Made by a program: the position numbers and the translations under genes. Shown here in pieces: positions 8,986 through 21,585 of a stretch of 32,000 bases of DNA. The DNA comes from Rickettsia endosymbiont of Ceutorhynchus obstrictus (lineage in GTDB: Bacteria > Pseudomonadota > Alphaproteobacteria > Rickettsiales > Rickettsiaceae), in assembly GCF_964026565.1 (NCBI RefSeq), contig NZ_OZ032162.1, forward strand, positions 1,544,781-1,576,780, read 5' to 3'. Position 1 is the first letter of the stretch. Every line of letters starts with the position of its first letter. The notes beneath the pieces are model-generated. The model was not told the DNA's origin and did not search any database. It saw only the letters and a program-made list of their open reading frames with translations.

Positions 8986-10257
8986 ATGGATATTTTTGGC
9001 AATAAATTAGCAGATACTGATAGAGAAATTTACGAAATAATTAATAGTGAAAAGCATCGACAAAGAGACGTGGTTGAACTTATTGCCTCGGAAAATTTTA
9101 CTAGCCGTGCCGTGCTAGAGGCTCAAGGCTCGGTACTTACTAATAAATACGCTGAAGGTTATCCGGGGAAGCGTTTTTATAACGGTTGCGAGGAGGTAGA
9201 TAAGGCAGAGCTACTCGCCATAGAGCGAGCAAAAAAATTATTTAATTGTCAATATGCCAATGTTCAGCCTCATTCAGGCTCGCAGGCTAATCAAGCAGTT
9301 TTTTTGACGTTATTACAGCCGGGCGATACTATCCTTGGTATGTCTTTAGATAGCGGCGGGCATCTGACGCATGGAGCAGCTCCAAACATGTCCGGTAAAT
9401 GGTTTAACGCGGTTTTTTACAGCGTTGATAAAGACAGTTATTTAATCGATTATGATGAAATAGAAAAACTAGCAATATTACATAAACCAAAGCTAATTAT
9501 TGCCGGTTATTCCGCTTATCCAAGAAACTTAGATTTTGCCAAGTTCCGAGAAATTGCCGACAAAGTAGGTGCATATCTTATGGCAGATATTGCTCATATC
9601 GCAGGACTTGTGGCTGTTGGTGAGCATGCAAGCCCTTTGCCCTTTGCACATATTGTAACTTCCACTACCCATAAAACTTTGCGAGGTCCAAGAGGCGGCT
9701 TAATTTTATCGAACGACGAAGAGCTTGGGAAAAAAATCAATCTTGCTTTATTTCCCGGAATACAAGGCGGGCCGTTAATGCATATTATAGCTGCCAAAGC
9801 CGTAGCCTTCAAGGAAGCCTTACAGCCTGAATATAAAAACTACATAAAGCAGGTTTTAAGTAATGCTAAAGCTCTAGCGCAAAGCGTACAAGAAAGAGGA
9901 TATGATATTTTAACCAAGGGTACCGATAACCATATCGTGTTAATAGATTTACGCAAAGACGGTATCACCGGCAAAATAGCCGCCAACTCTTTAGATAGAG
10001 CAGGCATTACCTGCAATAAAAACAGCATCCCGTTTGATGAAACCTCGCCCTTTATTACCTCAGGAATTAGGCTCGGCAGCCCCGCTTGCACAACTAGAGG
10101 ATTTAAGGAACAAGAATTTATATTAGTCGGGCAAATGATCGCCGATATATTAGATAGCCTTAAAGACCATCAGAATAATAGCAAATGCGAGGAAAAAATT
10201 CACGCACAAGTAAAAAATTTAGTCAAAAACTTTCCTTTTTATAGTATACTCAAATGA
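8986..10257 (+). CDS. glyA: Serine hydroxymethyltransferase
   Basis: [38 protein letters not shown] and the PLP-lysine region [15 protein letters not shown] are diagnostic. Confidence 0.97.
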   Translation: MDIFGNKLADTDREIYEIINSEKHRQRDVVELIASENFTSRAVLEAQGSVLTNKYAEGYPGKRFYNGCEEVDKAELLAIERAKKLFNCQYANVQPHSGSQANQAVFLTLLQPGDTILGMSLDSGGHLTHGAAPNMSGKWFNAVFYSVDKDSYLIDYDEIEKLAILHKPKLIIAGYSAYPRNLDFAKFREIADKVGAYLMADIAHIAGLVAVGEHASPLPFAHIVTSTTHKTLRGPRGGLILSNDEELGKKINLALFPGIQGGPLMHIIAAKAVAFKEALQPEYKNYIKQVLSNAKALAQSVQERGYDILTKGTDNHIVLIDLRKDGITGKIAANSLDRAGITCNKNSIPFDETSPFITSGIRLGSPACTTRGFKEQEFILVGQMIADILDSLKDHQNNSKCEEKIHAQVKNLVKNFPFYSILK

Positions 10258-10301
10258 TGCAGAAGAGTATGTAGGTTTTTGGAAGTTGTAAAAGTATAGT
10301 T

Positions 10302-11030
10302 ATGAATACAAAATTAGTCTTTCCGGGATTTTCGTCAGAAGTAATTAATTTTCTTCAACAATTACAAGCTAATAATAACCGTCTATGGTTTAAAGAAAAT
10401 AAACATATATTTAAGGATTTATTAGAGCCGGCAGCTAATATATTTGTTGAACAAATGACTCAAAATCTTCAGGAAATTGCCGAAGAACCTATGCAAGGCA
10501 AGATTTTTCGTATTTATCGTGATGTACGCTTCAGTAAAAATAACACTCCTTACGACCCGTCTTTAAGAATAGGATTCACCCGCCTAAATACTAAGCAAGC
10601 TCAATGTAGTGATTACCCTATGTTTTATTTGTCACTACAACCGGACAAGCTTATTCTCGCTTGCGGTCTACGTGAGTTTTCTAAAAATGGGTTAATTGCT
10701 TACCGCGAAGCGATAATTGATAATCAAAGAGGGGCAAAGCTTGAAACTCTTCTCAACAGCTATATCAAGAAGAATTTCAAACTTGATCCGCCGGACTTAA
10801 AAAATATACCAAGCGGTTACGATAAAGATCATCCTAGAGAAAATTTATTGCGTCGTAAAAAGCTTGCTATATGGAGTTATTACTCCTCCCTAGATAACAT
10901 TACTACCCCGAATGCCTTAAAATTTTGTCTTGAACAATATCGTATCATGCAACCTATTTATGAGTGGCTAAAGATACTCACTAGCTTTAGAGAAGAATCA
11001 GCTATGCGTAAATATAGCTTCGCTTATTAA
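10302..11030 (+). CDS. DUF2461 (TIGR02453-like) family conserved hypothetical protein
   Basis: The FLxxLxxNNNRxWF N-terminus and the [17 protein letters not shown] motif are typical of that family as I remember it. Function is unknown. Confidence 0.7.
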   Translation: MNTKLVFPGFSSEVINFLQQLQANNNRLWFKENKHIFKDLLEPAANIFVEQMTQNLQEIAEEPMQGKIFRIYRDVRFSKNNTPYDPSLRIGFTRLNTKQAQCSDYPMFYLSLQPDKLILACGLREFSKNGLIAYREAIIDNQRGAKLETLLNSYIKKNFKLDPPDLKNIPSGYDKDHPRENLLRRKKLAIWSYYSSLDNITTPNALKFCLEQYRIMQPIYEWLKILTSFREESAMRKYSFAY

Positions 11031-11040
11031 GGTCTATATA

Positions 11041-11164
11041 CAGCGTCATCGCGATCGCTTGATACAAGCGAATTTTTCGGCATTCGCCTGTGCTCACGTA
11101 CTTTAGTACGGTAGCTTAGCTCTTCCTCAAATTCATCTTGTCTGAAACTTTCTGAATTTAGCCG
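11041..11164 (-). mobile_element. RPE-1-like repeat (124 bp) just downstream of the DUF2461 gene
   Basis: cagcgtcatcgcgatcgcttgatacaagcgaattttt...ctttctgaatttagccg is the reverse complement of the trmD and 30089 copies. TA dinucleotides flank both ends. Confidence 0.9.
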
Positions 11165-11252
11165 TACCTAGCGAAACCCGTCATTGCGAACGACTGGAGG
11201 CGTTGTTGCGTGGATGGTTAAATCGCTTAAAACTTGTCATACCGTGGTCAAA

Positions 11253-11441
11253 CCCACTACTGTACGAACGTTGAAAAAAGGCTGTGTCATGCCGTGACTT
11301 GATCACGGCATCCAGGAAAATAAAGCCATATTAGACTTATTTTAGAATCTTTTTATGATATTATAAGCTGGACTGAAGTGGTCGTAGCCACGGAATGACA
11401 GAATTTTTACCTCTTTATTTAAACGTTCGTACAGTAGTGGG
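11253..11441 (+). mobile_element. 189-bp TIR element (copy 3 of 3)
   Basis: Flanked by tcaaa (11248-11252 and 11442-11446) inside tgtcataccgtgg-tcaaa-ccggcattgttgcatgg. Its orientation relative to the host module is opposite to that of copy 2. Confidence 0.85.
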
Positions 11442-11494
11442 TCAAACCGGCATTGTTGCATGGCTCAAATTTTTGATGTCATTCTAGCTAAAGG

Positions 11495-11640
11495 CCATAA
11501 CTGTCCGAAGTTGAAAAATTAAGATTATTAAATAGTACTTTTTTTGCCGTTAATGCTAAAAATACTACTATTTTGATATATAATAGAGTGAAAAACTCAA
11601 ACAGTTTCTCTATTTATTTTTCAACTTCGGACAGTTATGG
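11495..11640. mobile_element. 146-bp MITE-like element with a perfect 25-bp TIR, nested in an RPE arm
   Basis: Termini are ccataactgtccgaagttgaaaaat ... atttttcaacttcggacagttatgg. The direct repeat ctaaagg lies at 11488-11494 and 11641-11647. Removing the insert and one repeat copy restores the arm tgtcattctagctaaaggcgggaatccag. It has no ORF and is single-copy in this window. Confidence 0.85.
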
Positions 11641-11954
11641 CTAAAGGCGGGAATCCAGATTTTTCTTTGTCATGCTGAACTTGTTTCGGCATCTCTTGCA
11701 AAATATCCTGAAATAAATTCAGGATGACTATTATTTTCTAGATTGCCGCGCTCCTTGCAGTCGCTCGCAATGACGATTATGGTAACCACGCAACAACGCC
11801 TCTTCGCGGGAATGACATACTGCTGCTTTTATCGAACCGTGCAATAATGCCGGTCAAGTCACGGTATGACACCATACTTGTAATAACTATAATGCGGTAA
11901 ATTATGAGCCATGCAACAACACCGGCACCTTACAATGCCTCGGTATAACAAATT

Positions 11955-14900
11955 TTAAGCGTTTTCTTGATCAAGTTTTGCCGCAAGCTTACGCATTTTA
12001 TTCATATAGAAACCTGTTCCTGCCGGTACTAAACGTCCGACAATAACATTTTCTTTTAATCCAAGCAATTTATCCACTTTCCCGGCAATAGCTGCTTCGG
12101 TTAAAACTCTTGTAGTTTCTTGGAACGAAGCGGCAGAAATAAATGATCTCGTTTGCAGCGAAGCTTTAGTAATACCTTGCAATATTGCTTGAGCTTCAGC
12201 CGGTTTTAGATTGTTTTTAATAGCTTTCTCATTTATTTCGGTGAATTCACGACGGTCTATTTTTTCACCTATTAATAAGGTAGTTCCGCCGGAATCGGTA
12301 ACTTCCACTTTTTGTAACATTTGACGAATTATTACTTCTATATGTTTATCGTCAATTTTTACACCTTGCAGGCGGTATACCGCTTGAATTTCTTTTACTA
12401 TGTAATTAGCAAGTATTTCTACACCCATTACTTTTAAGATATCTTGCAATACCGGATTACCGTCAATTAATAAGTCACCTTTTTTAACAAAATCACCTTC
12501 ATTTATTACTACGTGCTTACCTTTCGGTACCATATATTCAATAGGGGTTGAGCTATCACCTGGGTGAATAACTATACGCCTCTTGGACTTATAGTCTTTA
12601 CCGAATTCAATTCTACCGTCTATCTCGGCAATCACGGCATGATCTTTTGGACGTCTTGCCTCTACTAGTTCGGCAACTCTAGGCAGCCCGCCGGTAATAT
12701 CTTTGGTCATAGTCGATTCTTTCGGAATACGCGCTACTATATCGCCTACCGATATCTGCATTCCGTCTTCCACACTTAAAATTGCCCCGACCGGTAAGTA
12801 ATATCTAGCTTCCAAGCCGTTTGATAACGTAATGACTTCTCCCTTGCTATCAAGTAATTGAATACGAGGGCGTAACTCTGCGCCGCGTGAATATTGCTTT
12901 GATTCAATGATAACTTTGCTGGCAATACCCGTTGCTTCGTCGGTTACGTCACGAATTGAAATACCCTCTACCATGTCCTTAAACAAGACTTTACCGGATT
13001 TTTCGGTAATAATCGGCACGGTATAAGGATCCCACTCAGCCAATTTTTGTGTTTTAGTAACTATATCCGTATCATCAACCAGCAATCTAGCACCGTACGG
13101 TATTTTATGACGAGCTTTCTCGTTACCTTTAGTATCAAGTAACAATAATTCACAGTTACGACTCATAACAATCTTGCGCCCTTCAGAATTAATAACTACG
13201 TTACGGCTTAAGATTTTAACTTTTGCATCGTAAGAAGCTTCTACCGAAGATACTTCCGCACCCTTAGTTGCCGCTCCTCCGATATGGAAAGTTCTCATAG
13301 TTAACTGAGTACCGGGTTCGCCGATAGATTGGGCGGCAATCACTCCGATAGCCTCGCCTTCGGCTACTAACGAACCGGTAGCAAGATCTCTGCCATAGCA
13401 AGTACTACATAGACCGGTAGCACTTTCACATGTTAAAACGGATTTAACCATGAGCCTATCTAAGCCCGCAGATTCAATTTCTTCTAATTTAGCTTCGTTA
13501 ATCAGCTCGCCCCTGCTAAGAATTAAATCATTAGTAACCGGATGATAGGTATTAATAGCAACGGTACGCCCTAAAACTTGGTCGGCAAGAGCTACCATAA
13601 CTTCACCGCCGTCGATAATAGATTTTACTTCAATACCTTTATTTGTTCCGCAATCTTTTTCCGTAATGATACAATCTTGCGCAACGTCAACTAATTTTCT
13701 TGTTAAATACCCTGAACTTGCTGTTTTTAGAGCTGTATCTATCTGCCCTTTACGCATTCCGTTGGCTGAGTTAAAGCACTCAAATTCAGTCAGTCCCTCA
13801 CGGAAATTGGAAATAATCGGCGTTTGAATAATTTGTCCGTTTGACTTAGTCATCAAACCGCGCATACCGCCTAACTGCTTAATCTGTGCAAAAGACCCCC
13901 TCGCACCTGAAATAGCCATCATATAAATAGAATTTATTTTTTGATGACTTGGATCATCATTAACCGCGAGCGTCGCAATTTCTTTCATCATGTCATTTGC
14001 CACTCTTTCGGTACATCTTGACCAAGAATCCACTACTTTATTATATTTCTCGCCGTAGGTAATTAAACCGTTAGAATATTGTTGTTCAAATTCTTTTACC
14101 TCAGTACGCGTTTCTTCTATATGAGTACCTTTAGATTTCGGTACGACCATATCATCCATCCCGAAAGAAATACCGGAAGAACAAGCATATTTAAAGCCGA
14201 GTTTCATTAATTGGTCGGCAAAAATTACCGTAGCCTTTTGACCGCAATGACGATATACCAAATCTATTACCGCAGATATATCTTTTTTAGTTAGCGGTTT
14301 ATTAATAAATTTAAATCCTATGTTAGGACTAGCCGGCAATAATTCACCGACCATTAACCGCCCAAAAGTAGTATCAACTATAGTAGAGGTCATTTCTCCT
14401 TCTGCATTTAATTGATTCCGGCGAAATTTTATTTTTGTATGGATAGTTATAAATTTCTCATATAATGCATGTTCCATTTCCGCTAAATCGGCAAATATCA
14501 TCCCTTCACCGACTTCATTATCAAAAGCAAGAGTTAAATAGTAAAGACCAAGGACTATATCTTTATCGGGAACAATAATCGGTCTGCCGTTTGCAGGGCT
14601 TAAGATATTATTAGTAGACATCATAAATACCCTAGCTTCAAGCTGTGCCTCAATCGACAAAGGAATATGTACAGCCATCTGATCACCGTCAAAATCCGCA
14701 TTAAAAGCGGCACAAACTAACGGATGAAGCTGAATAGCCTTGCCTTCTATCAATAACGGCTCAAATGCTTGTATCCCTAGGCGGTGCAATGTAGGAGCTC
14801 TATTAAGCAATACGGGATGTTCCCTTATAACCTCTTCTAATATATCCCAAACTTCCGGTTTTTCCGATTCAACCATTTTTTTGGCCGCCTTGATGGTGGT

Positions 14901-16076
14901 AGCAATTCCATATAATTCAAGCTTAGAATAAATAAACGGCTTAAATAATTCTAGCGCCATTTTTTTCGGTAAACCGCATTGATGCAGTTTAAGCTCAGGT
15001 CCTACCACAATAACCGAACGACCGGAATAATCGACCCTTTTGCCTAAAAGATTTTGACGGAAACGTCCTTGTTTACCTTTTAACATATCACTTAATGATT
15101 TAAAAGGACGCTTATTTGCATTTTTTACCGCTTTTCCGCGACGACCGTTATCAAATAATGCATCAACCGATTCCTGAAGCATTCTTTTTTCATTTCTGAC
15201 TATTATGTCGGGTGCTCTTAAATCAATAAGCCTTTTTAAACGATTATTTCTATTAATTACTCTGCGGTAAAGTTCGTTAAGATCAGACGTTGCAAATCGC
15301 CCGCCGTCAAGCATAACTAGCGGTCTTATTTCCGGTGGAATCACCGGTAGGACGTTCATAATCATCCATTCAGGCTTATTTTCCGATTCAAGAAAATCTT
15401 CGACTAATTTTAAACGCTTTACTAACTTTTTCTTTTTAACCTCTGAAGAAGTATTTAATAATTCTTCATATAATTGTTCTTTTAATTTGGAGAAATCTAG
15501 CTCGGTAAGCATTTGCTGAACAACTTCAGCTCCTATAGATGCAGTAAAACTATCTTCTCCGTACTTATCTTTAGCTTTCTGCAATTCTTCTTCCGATAAA
15601 AGCTCGCCCTTTTGAAGGACTGACAGACCGGGATCAACAACTACATAACTTTCAAAATATAATATCTTTTCTATATCTCTCATCGTCATATCAAGAAGCG
15701 TACTAATTCTTGACGGTAATGATTTTAAAAACCATATATGAGCAACCGGCGCAGCAAGTTCTATATGCCCCATTCTTTCACGCCTTACCCTAGAAACAGT
15801 AACCTCAACGCCGCATTTTTCACAGGTAATACCGCGATTTTTCATACGCTTATATTTACCGCAAAGACATTCATAATCTTTTACCGGACCGAAAATTCTA
15901 GCACAAAATAAACCTTCTTTTTCCGGTTTAAAAGTACGGTAGTTAATAGTTTCCGGCTTTGTTACCTCACCGAAAGACCACGAACGTACTTGATCGGGGC
16001 TGGCTATATTGATCCTTATTTGATCAAATTGTTGAGTACTACTCAGTTGCCCGTAAAAATTTACCACTCCAGTCAT
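11955..16076 (-). CDS. rpoC: DNA-directed RNA polymerase subunit beta'
   Basis: 1373 aa. Contains the zinc-binding [23 protein letters not shown] and the catalytic [17 protein letters not shown] lies upstream of the ATG at 16076. Confidence 0.99.
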   Translation of the reverse strand: MTGVVNFYGQLSSTQQFDQIRINIASPDQVRSWSFGEVTKPETINYRTFKPEKEGLFCARIFGPVKDYECLCGKYKRMKNRGITCEKCGVEVTVSRVRRERMGHIELAAPVAHIWFLKSLPSRISTLLDMTMRDIEKILYFESYVVVDPGLSVLQKGELLSEEELQKAKDKYGEDSFTASIGAEVVQQMLTELDFSKLKEQLYEELLNTSSEVKKKKLVKRLKLVEDFLESENKPEWMIMNVLPVIPPEIRPLVMLDGGRFATSDLNELYRRVINRNNRLKRLIDLRAPDIIVRNEKRMLQESVDALFDNGRRGKAVKNANKRPFKSLSDMLKGKQGRFRQNLLGKRVDYSGRSVIVVGPELKLHQCGLPKKMALELFKPFIYSKLELYGIATTIKAAKKMVESEKPEVWDILEEVIREHPVLLNRAPTLHRLGIQAFEPLLIEGKAIQLHPLVCAAFNADFDGDQMAVHIPLSIEAQLEARVFMMSTNNILSPANGRPIIVPDKDIVLGLYYLTLAFDNEVGEGMIFADLAEMEHALYEKFITIHTKIKFRRNQLNAEGEMTSTIVDTTFGRLMVGELLPASPNIGFKFINKPLTKKDISAVIDLVYRHCGQKATVIFADQLMKLGFKYACSSGISFGMDDMVVPKSKGTHIEETRTEVKEFEQQYSNGLITYGEKYNKVVDSWSRCTERVANDMMKEIATLAVNDDPSHQKINSIYMMAISGARGSFAQIKQLGGMRGLMTKSNGQIIQTPIISNFREGLTEFECFNSANGMRKGQIDTALKTASSGYLTRKLVDVAQDCIITEKDCGTNKGIEVKSIIDGGEVMVALADQVLGRTVAINTYHPVTNDLILSRGELINEAKLEEIESAGLDRLMVKSVLTCESATGLCSTCYGRDLATGSLVAEGEAIGVIAAQSIGEPGTQLTMRTFHIGGAATKGAEVSSVEASYDAKVKILSRNVVINSEGRKIVMSRNCELLLLDTKGNEKARHKIPYGARLLVDDTDIVTKTQKLAEWDPYTVPIITEKSGKVLFKDMVEGISIRDVTDEATGIASKVIIESKQYSRGAELRPRIQLLDSKGEVITLSNGLEARYYLPVGAILSVEDGMQISVGDIVARIPKESTMTKDITGGLPRVAELVEARRPKDHAVIAEIDGRIEFGKDYKSKRRIVIHPGDSSTPIEYMVPKGKHVVINEGDFVKKGDLLIDGNPVLQDILKVMGVEILANYIVKEIQAVYRLQGVKIDDKHIEVIIRQMLQKVEVTDSGGTTLLIGEKIDRREFTEINEKAIKNNLKPAEAQAILQGITKASLQTRSFISAASFQETTRVLTEAAIAGKVDKLLGLKENVIVGRLVPAGTGFYMNKMRKLAAKLDQENA

Positions 16077-16147
16077 AAATATTTTTCCTTAAAATTTATA
16101 AGACGGTTTATATTACTCGTATTTCAAAATATATTCGATATGTAGGT

Positions 16148-16331
16148 CGTCATTGCGAGCTAGCATTGTTGCGTGAATACTCAAACGTCATTGCGAGCCG
16201 CGTAAGCGGGCGCGGCAATCCAGGCTATCCCGAATGTAATGAGGGATTTAATTAGAATGCTAAACTTGTTTAGCATAAAAATATATTTAACTGGATTGCC
16301 ACGTCGGGACTATGTCCCTCCTCGCAATGAC
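16148..16331. repeat. RPE-like element inside the rpoB-rpoC spacer
   Basis: The left arm is gtcattgcgagccgcgtaagcgggcgcggcaatccag. The core is gctatcccgaatgtaatgagggatttaattagaatgctaaacttgtttagcat. The right arm is ctggattgccacgtcgggactatgtccctcctcgcaatgac. The same core occurs at ~5400-5465, ~5610-5665 and (partial) 31939-32000. Confidence 0.9.
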
Positions 16332-16397
16332 GATGTTTCTGTAACGATTTCAATCCCCTCAACAATTCCCTATCACAATGATAGCCTGAACAAATCC

Positions 16398-19300
16398 CTA
16401 ACTTGAAGTTGTATCCTCAAGTTTTACGTTAAGGCATAACGATCTAAATTCTTTTATCATTACATTGAAAGATTCAGGGATACCGGATTCAAAATTATTA
16501 TCACCGCGCACTATAGAATCATAGATTTTGATCCTACCGTTTACATCATCCGACTTAACGGTTAACATTTCCTGCAATGTATAAGCAGCACCGTAAGCTT
16601 GCAGCGCCCAACATTCCATTTCTCCAAAACGTTGCCCGCCGAAATGTGATTTTCCGCCTAAAGGTTGTTGAGTTACTAAACTATAAGGACCGATAGAACG
16701 AGCATGAATTTTGTTATCGACCAAGTGATGTAATTTTAGTAAATATTTTTGCCCGACCGTAACTCGGCGATCAAAATATTCGCCGGTTCTACCGTCAATT
16801 AATTTTACTTGACCTGAAGTATCTTGATCGGCAAGCTTTAGCATTTCCTTAACGTCTTCAACTTTTGCTCCATCAAATACCGGCGTCGCAAAATATACCC
16901 CTTTACTATTTTCTCGACAGAAATTAATAATTTCTTCATCTGACATTTTTAGTATTTGGTTAGCAGTTTCACCGTATAAATGGGATATAAAAGATTTAAC
17001 TTCCTTTATACTAATTTCTTCATTTTTATATTGAGTAACTAACCCGGATATTTTTTTAGCTAAATTGACCGATGCCCAACCGAGATGCGTCTCTAAAATC
17101 TGCCCGATATTCATCCGTGAAGGAAGCCCTAAAGGATTAAGCACAATGTCTACTACTGTCCCATCTTCTAAAAACGGCATATCTTCTTCCGGCATTATAC
17201 GAGAAATAACCCCTTTATTACCGTGCCTTCCGGCCATTTTATCGCCGGGTTGTAATTTATGTTTAGTAGCAATAAATACTTTTACTACTTTTAAAGCCCC
17301 TTGCGGTAAATCATCACCACTTTGCACTTTTTCAACTTTAGTGGTAAATCTTTTATTAAGAATATCTTTTTTCTCATCGTAATGATGTTTTATTTGCTCA
17401 ATTTCATTCATTACTGTTGAATCTTCAACTATAAGCTGCCAGAATTGACCTTTAGATAAATCTTCTAACATTTTCTTAGTAATCTCTTGACCGACTTTTA
17501 CTGATTTAGGTCCGTTAACAATTACTTGCCCTGTTAGAATTTTTTCTAATCTGGCAAAAACAAAATGTTCAATAATTGCTAGCTCATCATCTCTATCTTT
17601 AGCAAGTTTTTCTATTTGTTGTTTTTCGATAGCGATTGCACGCTCATCCTTTTCAACTCCTCTACGAGAAAATACTCTAACTTCTACTACCGTGCCGCTA
17701 ACCCCTGAAGGTACATGCAATGATGAATCTTTAACGTCAAAAGCTTTTTCTCCAAAAATTGCTCTTAATAATTTTTCTTCCGGCGTAATCGGCGATTCAC
17801 TTTTCGGCGTTACTTTTCCGACTAGAATATCACCGGCTTTTACTTCCGCACCGACATAAATTATGCCGACTTCATCAAGATGGCGAAGGTTTTCTTCACT
17901 AACATTAGGTATATCACGGGTAATTTCTTCAGGTCCAAGGCGGGTATCTCTTGCGATTACTTCAAATTCTTCAATATGAATAGAGGTAAAAACATCTTCT
18001 TTTACTATACGTTCCGATATTAAAATTGAATCTTCAAAATTATAGCCGCTCCATGGAATAAAGGCAACAAGCACGTTTCTACCTAAAGCAATTTCACCGT
18101 TATCGGTACTTGGTCCATCAGCTATAATATCGTTTTTCTTAACATGATAACCGACCTTAACTAAAGGCTTTTGATTGATACAAGTATTATGGTTAGATTT
18201 CTGAAATTTTAATAAATTATAGATATCAACAGAAGGTGATCCATCGGCTTTTTGCTGAGTAGTTCTAATTACGATTCTATTTGAATCAACTTGCTCAACT
18301 ATGCCGTCATGCAGAGCTAATACGGACGCCCCCGAATCCTTTGCTACTACCCCTTCAACCCCCGTACCGACAAAAGGCGCATCCGATTTAATTAAAGGGA
18401 CTGCTTGCCGCTGCATGTTTGAACCCATTAACGCTCGGTTAGCATCGTCATTTTCTAAAAAAGGAATGAGAGAGGCCGCAATAGACACGATTTGCATAGG
18501 AGTGATATCAATAAAATCTACTTCATTCGGTTCCGTCAAAGCAAAATTACCGCCTTCAATCCGGCAATTAATAACTTCATCCTGTAATACGCCGTTTTTA
18601 TCGACTTTAGAATTAGCTTGCCCGATTTTATATTTTCCTTCTTCAATAGCAGACAAGTAAACTACTTCATTAGTTACCTTACCGTTAGCGACTTTTCTAT
18701 AAGGACTTTCAATAAAGCCGTGTTTATTAATTCTAGCATAGGTAGCCATTGAATTAATTAAACCGATATTTTGACCTTCCGGCGTCTCAATCGGGCAGAT
18801 ACGACCGTAATGAGTAGGATGTACGTCACGTACTTCAAAGCCTGCTCTGTCACGACTCAAACCGCCGGGACCAAGTGCCGACAATCTTCTTTTATGCGTG
18901 ATTTCCGATAATGGATTAGTTTGATCCATAAATTGAGATAGTTGTGAGGTACTAAAAAATTCTTTTACTACGGACACTAAAATTTTAGAATTCACTAAAT
19001 CATGAGGCATTACGGTATCAACATCACCCGCCGACATTCTCTCAACTACCGATTTCTCCATCCGAACCAGCCCTATCCTAAATTGATTTTCAATCAATTC
19101 TCCGACAGACCTAACCCTTCTATTACCTAAATGATCGATATCGTCGATAATTCCCTTACCGTCTTTCAGCTCTACTAAAACCCTTAAGATATTTTTAATA
19201 TCATCAGTGGTAAGAACTGTATTTTCTTCAGGAATAGTCAACTCTAATCTGGAATTCATTTTTATCCGACCGACTTCGGAAAGATCGTATCTTTCAGGCT

Positions 19301-20519
19301 CAAAAAATAAATTATGGAACAAGCTTTCGGCCGCTTCAATATTTGCCGGCTCTCCGGGTCTTAATACTCTAACTATATCAAATAAAGCCGATTCACGATC
19401 TTGATTTTTATCGGCAAATAAAGTATTCCTTATATAAGGACCTGATTGAGGATTTATGACTAACACGCCGATAGACGTAATTTTAAGTTCGGCAATAACC
19501 TTTAACATATCGGCAGTGATTATTTCACCGACACTCGCCAATATTTCTCCGCTAGCCGGATCTACCAAATCTTCCGATAGATATTTACCGATTAGGGATT
19601 CATGCATTACTAAAATATGCTTTATTCCTTCGCTTGAATATTTTTTAGCTAAACGCGGAGTAACTTTTTGACCTGCCTCAAGTATTATTTCACCCGTATC
19701 GGCATTTATTAAATCAGTTGTTAAACGATGAGCAGTAATAGATTTCGGCATGAACTCAACCGCCCAACCTCTATCTTTCGCTTGATAAGTTACCGTCTGA
19801 TAGTAAAATTTTATAATTTCACTAGTATTCATCCCTATTGCTCTAAGTAAAGTAGTAGCATAGAGTTTTCTTTTTCTATCTATTCTAAAATAAACGATAT
19901 CTTTAGCATCAAATTCCAAATCAAGCCATGATCCTCTGTAAGGAATAACTCTAGCGGAATATAAAAGCTTTCCCGATGAATGTACTTTCCCCTCATCATG
20001 ATAGAAAAACACCCCAGGGGAACGATGCATTTGAGAAACTACTACTCGCTCCGTACCGTTAATAATAAAAGTGCCGTTTTTGGTCATTAACGGGATATCT
20101 CCCATATAGACTTCTTGCTCTTTAATCCCCTTAATTTCCCTTGCGCCGGTATCCTCATCAATATCCCAGATACTTAATCTTAAAGTTACTTTAAGCGGAG
20201 CAGCATAGCTAAGACTTCTTTGACTACATTCTTCTACGTCATATTTCGGGGTATCAAATTCATATTTAACAAATTCTAAATTAGCAATATTTGAAGGGTC
20301 GGAAATGGGAAAGATAGAGTTTAATATGGATTGCAATCCTTTATTTTTTCTTTCAGGATCTTTTACCGTAAGCTGTAAAAAATTCTTCTCGTAGGAATTT
20401 TTTTGAATTTCAATTAAATTCGGTATATCCGCTACTAGATTTATATGTCCAAAATTCTTTCTTATTCGTTTACTATTCGACAAGGGCTGAGTTGTGATAT
20501 TATCCCTTAATGAAGCCAT
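16398..20519 (-). CDS. rpoB: DNA-directed RNA polymerase subunit beta
   Basis: Diagnostic RpoB motifs are present ([52 protein letters not shown]). I place the start at ATG 20519 (MASLRDN...). It is preceded by AGGAG with a 5-nt spacer and matches the rickettsial RpoB N-terminus as I recall it. The 9-codon extension in the ORF track starts at a TTG (20546) that runs through that ribosome-binding site. Confidence 0.98.
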   Translation of the reverse strand: MASLRDNITTQPLSNSKRIRKNFGHINLVADIPNLIEIQKNSYEKNFLQLTVKDPERKNKGLQSILNSIFPISDPSNIANLEFVKYEFDTPKYDVEECSQRSLSYAAPLKVTLRLSIWDIDEDTGAREIKGIKEQEVYMGDIPLMTKNGTFIINGTERVVVSQMHRSPGVFFYHDEGKVHSSGKLLYSARVIPYRGSWLDLEFDAKDIVYFRIDRKRKLYATTLLRAIGMNTSEIIKFYYQTVTYQAKDRGWAVEFMPKSITAHRLTTDLINADTGEIILEAGQKVTPRLAKKYSSEGIKHILVMHESLIGKYLSEDLVDPASGEILASVGEIITADMLKVIAELKITSIGVLVINPQSGPYIRNTLFADKNQDRESALFDIVRVLRPGEPANIEAAESLFHNLFFEPERYDLSEVGRIKMNSRLELTIPEENTVLTTDDIKNILRVLVELKDGKGIIDDIDHLGNRRVRSVGELIENQFRIGLVRMEKSVVERMSAGDVDTVMPHDLVNSKILVSVVKEFFSTSQLSQFMDQTNPLSEITHKRRLSALGPGGLSRDRAGFEVRDVHPTHYGRICPIETPEGQNIGLINSMATYARINKHGFIESPYRKVANGKVTNEVVYLSAIEEGKYKIGQANSKVDKNGVLQDEVINCRIEGGNFALTEPNEVDFIDITPMQIVSIAASLIPFLENDDANRALMGSNMQRQAVPLIKSDAPFVGTGVEGVVAKDSGASVLALHDGIVEQVDSNRIVIRTTQQKADGSPSVDIYNLLKFQKSNHNTCINQKPLVKVGYHVKKNDIIADGPSTDNGEIALGRNVLVAFIPWSGYNFEDSILISERIVKEDVFTSIHIEEFEVIARDTRLGPEEITRDIPNVSEENLRHLDEVGIIYVGAEVKAGDILVGKVTPKSESPITPEEKLLRAIFGEKAFDVKDSSLHVPSGVSGTVVEVRVFSRRGVEKDERAIAIEKQQIEKLAKDRDDELAIIEHFVFARLEKILTGQVIVNGPKSVKVGQEITKKMLEDLSKGQFWQLIVEDSTVMNEIEQIKHHYDEKKDILNKRFTTKVEKVQSGDDLPQGALKVVKVFIATKHKLQPGDKMAGRHGNKGVISRIMPEEDMPFLEDGTVVDIVLNPLGLPSRMNIGQILETHLGWASVNLAKKISGLVTQYKNEEISIKEVKSFISHLYGETANQILKMSDEEIINFCRENSKGVYFATPVFDGAKVEDVKEMLKLADQDTSGQVKLIDGRTGEYFDRRVTVGQKYLLKLHHLVDNKIHARSIGPYSLVTQQPLGGKSHFGGQRFGEMECWALQAYGAAYTLQEMLTVKSDDVNGRIKIYDSIVRGDNNFESGIPESFNVMIKEFRSLCLNVKLEDTTSS

Positions 20520-20595
20520 ATAATCTCCTAATAAAACTGTTGCCAACGTTATTTTAATAACAAAAATGAGCTATTTAGTATTCTCTAAATTAACC

Positions 20596-20803
20596 GGCGT
20601 TGTTGCATGGCTCGATCTTACCCCGTCATTGCGAGGATATGCTAGCTATCTCCGTGGCAATCGAGTCTTTGTCATGCTGAACAAGTTTTGCGCATCTCTT
20701 GCAAAATATCCTGAAATAAATTCAGGATGACTATTATTTTCTAGATTGCCGCGCTCCGCGCAAATGCTCGCAATGACGATTCCGGTAGCCATACAACAAA
20801 GCC
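20596..20803. mobile_element. 208-bp RPE with GGCGTTGTTGCATGG-type termini and an 8/9-matching 9-bp flanking duplication
   Basis: Termini are ggcgttgttgcatggctcga ... agccatacaacaaagcc. The flanks are aaattaacc (20587-20595) and aaattaact (20804-20812). Confidence 0.8.
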
Positions 20804-20833
20804 AAATTAACTATAATATTTTCTAATTGTGTA

Positions 20834-20958
20834 CAGCTAAATTCAGAAAGATTTAGACAAGATGAATTTAAAGGTGAGCCTGCGCTAGCCGTTAATAATA
20901 CGTGAACACAGGCGAATCCAGAAAAATTCGCTTGTATCAAGCTTTCTGAATTTAGCTG
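20834..20958 (+). mobile_element. RPE-1-like repeat, variant with a symmetric 17-bp TIR
   Basis: cagctaaattcagaaag ... ctttctgaatttagctg. The first ~110 bp differ from the copy at 30089 by one substitution and one 1-nt indel. Confidence 0.9.
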
Positions 20959-21318
20959 TAATAACCCTAAAAAATAAAATATCTATAAGCTTCTTCTATA
21001 CAAAAGAAATTTACAGAAACTTATAGATTTAACTTTAAAAAATTGGTTATACTAAACTATTACGAAACATAATTTTATATAAAAATAATATTGAGTTGCC
21101 GATTATATCAGCATTTTTATCAATATATTTTTTTACTTTTAACTAATTAATATTACAAAAATTTATTTTTATAATTTATTTTATTCTTTAGAAAAATCAG
21201 CATTTTATATTTAAATATATAATTTACTAAATTTTAATAATTTACAAAAGTGACTTTATTTACTTTAGCAAGTTAAATAATCTAAGTGCTATGCTATAGA
21301 GTTTGCTATCCTTAAATG

Positions 21319-21501
21319 GACGTTGTTGTATGGCTCGATAAAGCAGCAGTATGTCATTCCTAGCTAAAGGCGGGAATCTAGAAAAAATACTTAAAATAAA
21401 CAAACTTATATAAAAATTTACTATATAATTCGCTTAAATGCTTTTCCGGATTCCCGTTTTCACGGGAATGACATCAAAAATTCGAGCCATGCAACAACGC
21501 C
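21319..21501. mobile_element. 183-bp RPE with an AT-rich core and a 9-bp duplication
   Basis: Termini are gacgttgttgtatgg ... ccatgcaacaacgcc, with the direct repeat ccttaaatg at 21310-21318 and 21502-21510. Confidence 0.85.
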
Positions 21502-21551
21502 CCTTAAATGCGGATAGGGCGACAAATTATCATAAAGCTGATTAAAATAGA

Positions 21552-21585
21552 ACAATCAAGGGTAAGGGGACTTAACCTTGATTGT
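21552..21585 (-). terminator. Candidate terminator/attenuator hairpin in the rplL-rpoB spacer
   Basis: A perfect 10-bp stem acaatcaagg/ccttgattgt with a 14-nt loop. On the minus strand it is followed by tctattttaat. It lies about 180 nt downstream of the rplL stop. The large loop and weak T tract lower confidence. Confidence 0.3.

Larger units (their letters stand above)
11180..11923. repeat. Large mosaic of RPE-like modules downstream of rpoC, containing two nested TIR elements
   Basis: Carries the same module vocabulary as the other clusters. These are the gtcattgcga, ggcgttgttgcgtgg and tgtcataccgtgg modules, the tgtcattctagctaaagg...gggaatccag arm, the gtcatgctgaa/atcctgaaataaattcaggat core and the ctagattgccgcg...ctcgcaatgac arm. 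Confidence 0.9.

Noticed and set aside
20520-20546. N-terminal extensions of rpoB (TTG at 20546) and rpsL (TTG at 29027)
   Set aside because: Conserved N-termini begin at the downstream ATGs (20519 and 28997). The rpoB extension reads through its own AGGAG ribosome-binding site.
20734-20940. ORF 20734-20940 (-); likewise 24036-24468 (three ORFs) and 31301-31514 (two ORFs)
   Set aside because: They are repeat-derived ORFs spanning RPE and RPE-1-like elements. The same peptides recur wherever the repeat occurs.
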